Source: Thraustochytrium aureum (lineage: Eukaryota). From it: 57,315 nt of DNA. The position numbers and the translations under genes were made by a program. This document shows, piece after piece, positions 48,516-57,315 of this stretch. Each line of letters begins with the position of its first letter. Position 1 is the stretch's first letter. Below the pieces are notes generated by a model. That model was not told where the DNA came from. It was given only the letters and a program-made list of their open reading frames with translations, and did no database searches. Where the stretch lies: positions 1,741 through 59,055 of the forward strand of contig BLSG01000207.1 in the NCBI GenBank assembly GCA_012862495.1. The letters are read 5' to 3'.

Positions 48516-50581
48516 ATGAAGTCGTCGAGGACGTGGGTTGTCCAGCATCGCGGCGAGGTCCTCGGCACCTTTGCGCTCGCCGACGAGGAGGCATCTCTAG
48601 CCACCCTCGTGGCGATGATCGAACTGCAGGCCGGCGTCTCCACGTATAACGCCGCCGCAATCGACGCAAGCGGAAAAGCGGCGATGCTCGAGAGCGACGA
48701 CGATGTCAGGCGGGTCTTGGAGGCGGCGGGCGACAGGTCTTTTCTTGTCATCGTTCCTGTGCTCGAGCCGCTCGAGCTGCCTGCCGTGCGTGCCAGCGTC
48801 GTCCAAGACGTAGATGCCAAGTTCTCCGAGCCTCTGCCACTCAGGTCTGCTGAGGACGAGTCAGACTGCGACAGCGAGGCAGACTTTGGGGACAGCAGCG
48901 GTGTCGATGAGGATGATGCCGGTCAACAGGGGCCAGTGCGGCTCGGCGAAGCAATCCAGGCCTTCGAAGGCGTCTTTGTTTCGCGAGATCAAGAGGGCGA
49001 GTTCCTGCTCGCCGCGGGCGTGCGCAAGCCGTTCCTCCGCGCTGCGGGGTTCGAGCCCAAACTGATCGCCAAGCGCGGCAAAATGGAGCGCGATACGCTT
49101 CTGGCAATCGAGCAGCGCATTCTGCAAGCTGTCTCCGAGGAGCGCATTCTCGGGGTGGCCAAGGCTTTCGGACTTCGCCCCAAGTGGCTTGAGTCGCGGG
49201 GCCTGTTCATGCTTGCGGCCGCAATCAAGCGCTCCAAGTTTGAGATGCGCGGGAGGTTTGGCCGAGGTCTTCGCCAACATCTCTGTCATGCTGGCGTGCA
49301 GTGGGAAGCTCGGCTGAGGGTCGGCTCGGAACAGTTCCGAGAATTTTGTCGGCGGTTGCGAGCACGAGGCAAACGAAGGCGTCAAGCACGATTCGTTTCG
49401 TGTTGGCTCGTCGCAATGGTCGGGAGAAGGGCACCACGAACATCACTATGGGCTCCGCCGTGGGCATACGACAAGGATCATCAAGGCCCACCGCATTGGA
49501 TGGGCAACAAGCACCACAGCCGGCACCACGGCCCGCACCTCGGCCCGCACCACGGCCCGCACCACGGCCCGCACCACGGCCCGCACCACGGCCCCGCACC
49601 CATGGCCCCGCACCACGGCCCGCACCACGGCCCGCATCACGGCCCGCATCATGGCCCGCATCACGGCCCGCATCACGGGCCTCATCACGTCGAGCATCAC
49701 GTGGTGCATGAAGCAGACCGAAACACAACCGACAGAGAGTGCTTGTTCNNNNNNNNNNNNNNNNNNNNNNNNNNNNNNNNNNNNNNNNNNNNNNNNNNNN
49801 NNNNNNNNNNNNNNNNNNNNNNNNNNNNNNNNNNNNNNNNNNNNNNNNNNNNNNNNNNNNNNNNNNNNNNNNNNNNNNNNNNNNNNNNNNNNNNNNNNNN
49901 NNNNNNNNNNNNNNNNNNNNNNNNNNNNNNNNNNNNNNNNNNNNNNNNNNNNNNNNNNNNNNNNNNNNNNNNNNNNNNNNNNNNNNNNNNNNNNNNNNNN
50001 NNNNNNNNNNNNNNNNNNNNNNNNNNNNNNNNNNNNNNNNNNNNNNNNNNNNNNNNNNNNNNNNNNNNNNNNNNNNNNNNNNNNNNNNNNNNNNNNNNNN
50101 NNNNNNNNNNNNNNNNNNNNNNNNNNNNNNNNNNNNNNNNNNNNNNNNNNNNNNNNNNNNNNNNNNNNNNCATTTCCGCGAGCGTGGCGCTCGTGGGCGC
50201 CGTGGACTTGGCGAAGCCCGTGCGATGGCTCGCCTCGTCGCGCATGACGGCTGCGAGGACAACATGCCTGTGCAAATAGGCGCCCCATTTATGGCCGGTT
50301 GGAAGGTGCGCAATGATACCGACACTGCGTGGCCTTGCTCTGCGGCGCTCACGCACGTTGGCGGTGACGCGCTCCACACGGAGGACACGACTAGCCTGAC
50401 CGTTGAAGCTCTCAAGCCCGGCGAGTCTGCCAAAGTGCACATCGGCCCGCTGGTCGCGCCGAGCAAGCCGGGGCTCTACAAGAGCTTCTTCCGGCTGGAG
50501 CTGGTGGACAGCGCGCATGGCGGGCGCCGAATCGGCCAGCGTTTGTGGTGCTCCGTGATGGCACAGGAGCCGTCTGCGTGA
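48516..50581 (+). CDS. NBR1/ILRUN-like FW-domain protein with PB1-like N-terminus and His-rich repeat
   Basis: C-terminal FW domain GWKVRNDTDTAWP...HVGG...LKPGE...APSKPGLYKSFFRL...IGQRLWCSV; N-terminal LESDDDVRRVL resembles a PB1 acidic motif; middle spans a gap and may contain indels. Confidence 0.65.
49524..49688 (+). repeat. 12-bp coding minisatellite (CACCACGGCCCG)n encoding (HHGP)n
   Basis: About 13 units; third-position variants (CAT/CAC, CCG/CCC/CCT) support the HHGP reading frame. Confidence 0.9.
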
Positions 50582-50823
50582 TATCCGCCCGCGATAGAGC
50601 ACTAGTGCTGGTTGAATGAACCAGAGGAGACGCTGCGTGCCGAGCTCCCGCCTTTTAACGCGGGCGAGCCGCGCTCAAGGGCCCTTGTTGCTGCAAGTCC
50701 TCGCGACGCGCTGGGCCTCTACTTAGTTGCGAGTTAACGCCCGTGCAGGCCGAGCTCGCTCGATAAATCCAAATCTCTTTCCTCATTTGCAAGCAGCGTG
50801 GCTCTTGGGGGCTCGCTTACGTA

Positions 50824-52087
50824 CTATTGCACACCGCGGGCGAGCTCTTCGAGAGCTCGCGCCTCGGCCTCCATTGCGCGCTCGAGGCAATCGCGGTCGT
50901 TGCGCCAGGCCACCGCTGAAGGCGCGCGAGAATCCGCCCGACCGAGGTCGTCTTTATGTGAGTCGTCCTCGTCGTCGCTATCGTCGTCCTCGTCGTCCTC
51001 TTGGAGCGCACTATCGTCATCGAGAGGCTCGTCGTCGTCGTCCGGATCATCGAGTACTAGACTGGCCAACTGGCGCTCCTCCGCGCGAACAGCCTCCCTG
51101 GTGGGCCGAGCTAGGCCCGACGCCGCTGGCGGGTTCGGCGGGATCGCGTGTAGACCAAGGCCAGCATCTGCCGCCTTGGCGGTGGCGCAATCTGTTAGAC
51201 CCGAAACTGCGGCTTCGGGGTGCTCTGCTAACCCGGCAGGAAGCACGAGGCCGCCACCCGTTGCAACCTCGGCTCGCGAGCCCAAATCCAACGTATCCCC
51301 CAGCCCAGGCTCAGAAAGAGCATACTCTGCAGGGAGCTTGCCAAAGCCGTCCTTCTGGGCTGATAAGGCCGCGCCGTCTGGCAGGCTTCGCAGCCAGTCG
51401 CAAACGTCGGCGTGCCCCAGGATGCTCGCCCAGTGCAGCGCGTTGTGGCCATCCGTGTCACACAAATTCACGTTCGCACCGAGGCCGACCAAGCGCTGGG
51501 CTGTTTCTAGGCAGCCGCGCTCGCAAGCCAAGATGAGCGGAGTTTTCCCTGACGCATTCTCGAGGTCGAGTCCCATCAGGCTCGCGAGAGACTCGGGGTG
51601 AACCCCAGCCGCTTCTGCGTGAGCAGCGAAAGCACCGAGGCATTCGTCGCTGCTCGGACTAGTGACACACCTGAGCAGGAGACCGCGGCAGGCCCACAGC
51701 TGCTCAACAGAAATGTTGTAAGAAAGCAGCACCTGGAGAACTGCAGGCTTGCCGCACGCCAGATGAAGCGGTGTCAGTTCGCGCATGTCCCGCGAGGTCA
51801 GGCCCTTGCGCGTCCAGTCCTTGACGTCAAGTGCAGCGCACAGCGCCTTGACCGTCTCAAGGTCCCCGCCCTCGACGGCGCAGTGTAGCGGTAGCCTGTA
51901 CTTTGCGTCGGGCTTGAGGAGGTCTGGGCTCCTGGCCAACACCTGCTGCACTGCCTTGGGGTGCCCGCCAGGCAAGCCACGTGCAGAGCTGCCAAACCCG
52001 TGGTGGGTTAAACGCCGGTCCACAGGTTTGCTCACCGTGCGGGGCCCTCCGTACAAGCTCCGCTGCGCCTCCTCTTCGCGAGCCTTC
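50824..52087 (-). CDS. Ankyrin-repeat protein with acidic C-terminus; 5' end in gap
   Basis: LPLHCAVEGGDLETVKAL, TPLHLACG, GKTPLILACERGCLETAQRLVGLGANVN, GHNALHWASILGH; D/E tract near C-terminus. Confidence 0.8.
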
Positions 52088-52940
52088 NNNNNNNNNNNNN
52101 NNNNNNNNNNNNNNNNNNNNNNNNNNNNNNNNNNNNNNNNNNNNNNNNNNNNNNNNNNNNNNNNNNNNNNNNNNNNNNNNNNNNNNNNNNNNNNNNNNNN
52201 NNNNNNNNNNNNNNNNNNNNNNNNNNNNNNNNNNNNNNNNNNNNNNNNNNNNNNNNNNNNNNNNNNNNNNNNNNNNNNNNNNNNNNNNNNNNNNNNNNNN
52301 NNNNNCTCCCTCCATCCGTCCATCCACCTCAAATTGAGAAAGCCGTGGTCGATCCATCCCGGAGTGAGGGCGCCAGCCCCTGGGGCCCAGCCGCACGACA
52401 GAGCAGGACACCTGGCCGGTCGCTCGCCCGACCCCGTCAGCTGGGTAAGGCGGCGAGCGCGGCGCGAAATCGGCAAAATGATCCGGTCGCTGAGCTCGTC
52501 GACAGGCCCGCGGCCGGCTCAGGCGGGCCTGCTGCAGGAGCGATTGCATTGTGAGCGAGAAGGAGCGCGCCCTGTCGAGGGTGAAAGCGCTGCTGGAAGG
52601 GACGAACGCGCTCGTGAAACCGCGCTCGTGAAACGGGCAGGAGGTTTCCCGGCGCCGAGCTCAACGCGCAGCGAGACCTGCAGAACTCTAGCAAGCTAGA
52701 GAACTCTGTTCAGAGGACGAGAGCTCCGCCCGCAGCGTGTAGAGACTCGCACCGAGGCGTGCGCCAACGTGCTCGGGCCCTGCCGCTTCCGTCGGGCCCA
52801 CCCAGGCACAAAGAGCACCGCGTCGACCTCTAGTCGCCACGTGCTGCAAACGGTTTGGTTGGCCTCCTGCAACGCCATTCAACTATGTGGGCCAGACAAG
52901 AGAAAGGAAGAATGACGTTGGAGGTAGAGTAGAGTAAAAC

Positions 52941-53477
52941 CTAGCGCAACCTCGTGCCGGTCGCGAACGCAGCGAGGTCCTCGTCGCGCGGGCCCTCGGG
53001 GAGGGACAGCACACGATCTGTCGCGGCGATCTCGACGTCGTTTATGGACGCGTTGCGCACGGCCATGAGCCCGTTGGCGTCAAAGGTCCAGTGCTCATTG
53101 CCGTACGCGCGAAACCATTGCCCGGCTTGGTTCCGATACTCGTACTGGAAGGTGACAGCGATGCGGTTCTCTGTATGCGTAAAGTAGTGCTTTTTCAGGC
53201 GGTAGTCCAGCTCGCGCTCCCACTTGCCTTCCAGGAAAGCGCGAATCTCGTCTCTGCCACGCAGAAACGTGTCGCGGTTGCGCCACTCCGAGTCCTCCGT
53301 GTACGCCATGCTCACTCGGGCAGCGTCTCGCGAGTTCCAGGCGTCCTCTGCGGCCTGCACCTTTTGGCGCGCCGTTTCCTCCGTGAACGGCGGCACGGGA
53401 GGGCGCACGCTTGCCGCTGAGCTCATCGCGCGGGCAGCCACTCCAGCAGCTTTCTTGGTCGCGGCCATCGCAAGCAT
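52941..53477 (-). CDS. DUF1348 (NTF2/SnoaL-like fold) protein with putative mitochondrial presequence
   Basis: [27 protein letters not shown]...[11 protein letters not shown]...[10 protein letters not shown]...[10 protein letters not shown]...[24 protein letters not shown]; leader [20 protein letters not shown] has no acidic residues. Confidence 0.88.
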   Translation of the reverse strand: MLAMAATKKAAGVAARAMSSAASVRPPVPPFTEETARQKVQAAEDAWNSRDAARVSMAYTEDSEWRNRDTFLRGRDEIRAFLEGKWERELDYRLKKHYFTHTENRIAVTFQYEYRNQAGQWFRAYGNEHWTFDANGLMAVRNASINDVEIAATDRVLSLPEGPRDEDLAAFATGTRLR

Positions 53478-54005
53478 TTTGTTCCGCGGCGGCCGACGGG
53501 CTCGGTTTTCAGTTTCTTGCAGCGCCTGACGTGAGCAGAGCAGAGTCAGTGAAAGGCGAACTCGCAAAGTGCTTTCGGGGTCTGCCGAGCTGCGCGCCTC
53601 CCTCGCAGCGTTCGGGGCGCAGCCGTGTTTGGCCGCTCGCGAGAGATGCGTTTCCCCGCCTGGGCGACTTGCTCGCGCCTCGCTGTAATACAACTCTGCC
53701 GTCGTATCCGCGGGAACGGAGCCAAAAAGGCCGAGCATCGGACAGAACGTTTCGCGTCCCTTGACGGCGAGGCCGGCGCGGCGCGGGCTGGATGGGTTGT
53801 ATGCAAAGGCGTTCTCGCCAAGCGCGCTTTGCCCTTTCTATGCAATTGAAAGTACTCTAGCTAGTTGGCCAACAGCTCGAGCCGTGCGAGCGTGTCGAGA
53901 AACGAGAACAACTCGGAGAGAGTCTAAAAGTAGAGCGCCTGGCCCGCGTTTTCTCCGCGCGACCGCGGGAGGCAAAGCAAGTCAAAGTCACAGTGCTCAG
54001 GCAGA

Positions 54006-54653
54006 TCAGGCCGACCAGGCCGCGAAGCCTGCTGACGGAACATGCCCCAGCGGCGCTGTGTAGTCGTCCGACAAGGTGTCCGCGCCCTTGGGCTCTTTGG
54101 TCGACTTGCGCCGCCTGCCGAGAAGACCTTTCGACCGCGAAGAGGAGCCGCCGTCCTTGCTTGAACTGTGGTCGCTCAAGGCGCTTTCGCTGCGGTTACC
54201 CGGCGACGCATCCAAGAGCATGCCGCGCTCCGCCCCGGCGCTCGTTTCTGGCCCTCGCACCGCAACCTGCGGATCGCGCGGCAAGCTGTCGGCTGCAGGC
54301 TCTGCGACATCCTCCACGTCGAGTCGCGACTCCTTCCGCGAGACAAACGGCATTGGCATCCGCAGCCGCCCGCTGCGGCTGCGCTGGGGAGCCTCCGGGC
54401 GCGAAACGTTGGGGAGCGCGCTGCTATCCGCAATCCACGTCCTTGGCGACTGGCAGTCCGGCTCAGAGCTTGTGCCAAACCACGCGCTCGTTGGCGGCGA
54501 GTATTCCTGCGCACTGCTCGCTTTCCGGACCGCGGTGTCAGGCTGCGGCGTGGTGGAGCGTTGCTTGTCGCTGGTGTCCGCGGCCCACTCGTCCGCCCAC
54601 TCGTCCACCGTGGGCTTTGCCTCCCTCTTCGACTTGAACAGCCTGGCCCTCAT
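54006..54653 (-). CDS. Hypothetical Ser/Pro-rich disordered protein
   Basis: 215-codon ATG ORF; no domain recognised; an overlapping plus-strand ORF is similarly long. Confidence 0.35.
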   Translation of the reverse strand: MRARLFKSKREAKPTVDEWADEWAADTSDKQRSTTPQPDTAVRKASSAQEYSPPTSAWFGTSSEPDCQSPRTWIADSSALPNVSRPEAPQRSRSGRLRMPMPFVSRKESRLDVEDVAEPAADSLPRDPQVAVRGPETSAGAERGMLLDASPGNRSESALSDHSSSKDGGSSSRSKGLLGRRRKSTKEPKGADTLSDDYTAPLGHVPSAGFAAWSA

Positions 54654-55885
54654 CGCTGCCGGCCTTGAGCGCGCAGCAAGCCCGTCTAACTTGGAGGCCC
54701 AGCCCGTTCGTGCGATGAAAGCTCAACGCAACTCGCAAATTGCAACTGGCCCGGCCCTGCAAGCCCTCTCTTGAGCTCTAGCTCTGCGTCGGGGCGAGCA
54801 ACGAGTTGCTCGTTGTGAGTCAGCGTGCCAGCAAGCGCCAGGCTCCCGGCCGCGCTGGCCATCATGGCCGGCCGGCCACCCCTGTGGCAGGTAGGCTGTT
54901 GACGTGCGACGCAAGCTGTCGCAGACTCGCAGGCCATGATTCTCTTGCAGCTGTAGCGGTGTTTGGGACGCGCAGGACGGCAGGCGTGGTCGGTCAACCG
55001 CCGTTCTCCCTCGAGCGAAAGAGAGCCGGGCCGTTGGTAGGTTTGTGTTGTTGCTGGCAGCACGCACGCCGCGATCCCCAGCAGTGCGCTCGCAGCAGGC
55101 GGGGACACCAACCTCCTTGGGGGCACGCACTTGTTGCTCACGTGCAGGGCCTCGCGGCAGGCGCCTGAGGCAGGCCATGCCATGGAGCCGACAATTTCGC
55201 ACCGCGGCACGGGCTCTTCATTCAGCCCTGGCAAAGAATGCCTGCCAGAACGCGAAATGCGACCAGGCGCACGTGGAGCGCAAGGAAGGCTGCGCGCAGA
55301 GCGCATCGCGCGACCGCAGGCAGTGCCAGCCAGGCCTTGCGCGCATTCTTGCACAACGCGGACCGCACATGACGATCTCCAAGTCGGATGCGTGACGCAC
55401 GAAGAGCAGCTCGCTGTTCGCTAGCATGCTCAGAACAGATTGTTCGTTCGATGCAGGCGGTGCTGATCAGATGCTGATGGTTGCGCAGAGAGGCAGTGCG
55501 AGGGAGCGCGTGCGAGCGGCGCCGGGCTGGGAATCGAATCAGGCGCGGGCGCGGGCGTTGCTGGAAGCTTTGATCGGCCGCGAATTCTTTGCCTGTTTCG
55601 CGCCTGAGATCGCCAGAATTCCGCGGGACGGCGCAGAGTGTGCTGGCTGCGAAGCTGTGTGGGAAACAAGAGCTCGGACGCCGCCGCCGCCGCCGCCGCC
55701 TTGCTGCCCTGCTCGAGCGACCGCTCTGGGAGGTCCTGGCGAAGGTGGATTGCTCTTGCGGGCGGCTGTTTTTTTCACCCAAGTGCGGGGAAAGCGCTAG
55801 GAGCCGAAAATTGGCGGCGGCGGAGGCCCGGGCTCCAAGGCTCTAGCGTGCGGTATTGCGGCGCGGCGCCTGCAAGACGGAGACG

Positions 55886-57315
55886 ATGCCTGAGCCTGTC
55901 GCGCTTGAAGCGCTGCGAAGAAGCGTCTTGAGCGCCGGGCGGCAGGGCGAGCCTGCAAAGTTCCAGGTGCGGTCGAGGCTCGAAGCGCGGCTCCCGATCA
56001 TGGCAGAGCTGCACCACAGGACGCCGAAACTTTTCGAGGTAAGTGGCTCGCACAGGCCCACAGGCGCGGTGCGCACCTAGCTGATCGCAGCGCGCCTCGC
56101 CGCGCAGCCGTCGGCGCACCAAACGCGCAAGAACTGGCCCACGATATCCGGCCGCCGGCTCGACCTCGTGCTCCTCTTTCAGCAAGTCCTGCTGCAGGGC
56201 GGGTACAAGTTTGTCACCGAGAATCGCTTGTGGCAGTTCTGCGGCCACGCCCTGTACCTTCCAAAGTCAGCCACGGCGATGGCCACCACGTTGCGCATCA
56301 ACTACGAAAAGTATCTCCTTGCCCTCGAACACGAAATGCACGCCGCCGTGCTCGCCTCCGGCCAGCCGCAACAAGTACCGCAGCCGGCCGGTACGTCCCC
56401 GCTAGCGCAGGCCTCCTCGCCGACGCGAAAGCGCGCCAGAACTCCGACTAGCACAAGTTTTCAGGCCAACCAGGGCAGCCCCCATCCCGGCAACGCACCG
56501 CAGGCGCACCGCAGCGGCGCCCAGGCCGTCGGAGCGGGCTCAGGGCGCATCGACTTTAGTCTCTTCGTAGAGCCGATGGGCGACCAAGAAGCTGGCGCTG
56601 TGGCCATGGAGTACAACGCGCGGGCGATCATGCCGCACGAGCTCTTGGCCTTCCCCGAGTTCGGGTACAAGTGCAAGCCGGAACGCCGCACGCTTTACCT
56701 AGACGTGCGCAACCACATCCTGCTGGAATGGACCCGCGACGTGAGGCGCGAGCTGCTGCTTGGCCGTGACATCGTCAAGCCCCTGCGAGACGGGTACGGC
56801 AGCAACCTCGGCTGCACATCGCTGCTCGACCTCGACCTTGTCGCTCGCGTCTTTCTCTTCTTGGAGACGGCAGGCGCGATAAATTGTGGCTGCTTTCGGC
56901 GCGCCGCGCCTGAGCTCTACAGCAAGGCCTGGGTGCCAGGCCGCATCGAAGGGACTCGACCTGGACCCAGGCACATTGTGGTCATTGGCGCCGGCTTTGC
57001 GGGCTTGGCTGCAGCGACGCAGCTGCTTCAGTTCGGCCACAGAGTGACGGTGCTCGGAGGGCCGCGAGCGGCCCGGCGGCCGCGTTTTCACTGACCGGTC
57101 GTTCGCTGGCGCCGCAGTCGACCTCGGCGCCATGCTAATCACAGGCGGCGTTGCCCACCCGGGCAACTTGCTTTGCTGTCAGCTGGACCAGCCGCGGCAC
57201 ACTGTCAACTCCAACTGCCCGCTCTTGTGGAGCGACGGGCGCGCAGACGCAGCGGTCAAGCCTGACGTGGACACCGCCGTGGAAGAAGTCTTCCTGGGCG
57301 CGTCCGAGGTTGCCG
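55886..57315 (+). CDS. ARID + SWIRM + FAD amine oxidase protein (LSD1/KDM1-like histone demethylase), 3' truncated by window end
   Basis: Intron 56039-56107 (GTAAGT...CAG, in frame); ARID PTISGRRLDLVLLFQQVLLQGGYKFVTENRLWQFCGHALYLP...LRINYEKYLLALE; SWIRM YLDVRNHILLEW...RVFLFLETAGAINCG; VVIGAGFAGLAAATQL...VTVLEGRERPGGRV...DLGAMLITG after an extra G near 57056. Confidence 0.85.

Noticed and set aside
50648..50668. U5 snRNA loop-like GCCTTTTAAC
   Set aside because: Not the invariant GCCUUUUAC, and no Sm site or U5 stem context
1528..52305. ORFs in the track that span N-runs
   Set aside because: Their length is an artefact of X translation through assembly gaps
52607..52708. 14-bp direct repeat (CGCGCTCGTGAAAC x2) and small CTCTAGC/GCTAGAG hairpin
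   Set aside because: Too short and isolated to support a function
54660..55880. Several short ORFs between the hypothetical gene and the LSD1-like gene
   Set aside because: No domain signal or consistent coding character; probably promoter or UTR sequence

Overview
Gene-dense, GC-rich eukaryotic nuclear scaffold with 15 N-gaps. It comes from a flagellated protist, most plausibly a stramenopile such as a thraustochytrid or labyrinthulomycete; this is inferred from gene content, sparse GT-AG introns, GGCA/GCAG microsatellites and a stramenopile-type 18S guide match. About 19 protein genes are present: WDR12/Ytm1, a DNAH6-like inner-arm dynein heavy chain, a TPR+RPAP3_C co-chaperone, an EF-hand/WD40 protein, a BioD-like/DRTGG protein, CDC26, enkurin, a GRK-like kinase, NAA15, an HGSNAT-like protein, uroporphyrinogen-III synthase, a CLC transporter, an NBR1-like FW protein, an ankyrin protein, DUF1348, an ARID-SWIRM-amine oxidase and three hypothetical ORFs. 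Most long genes carry 1-nt indels, mainly in homopolymers and in both directions, best explained as sequencing error. The main hidden structure is in NAA15: all five introns hold snoRNA candidates (two H/ACA, four C/D). Five of them have recognisable rRNA antisense elements, and the C/D ones sit inside long flanking stems. Other notable items are an LSD1-family demethylase fused to an ARID domain, a GRK ending in a CaaX box, and two arrays of tandem hairpin repeats between divergent genes. All homology calls are by eye from remembered motifs; no searches were run.
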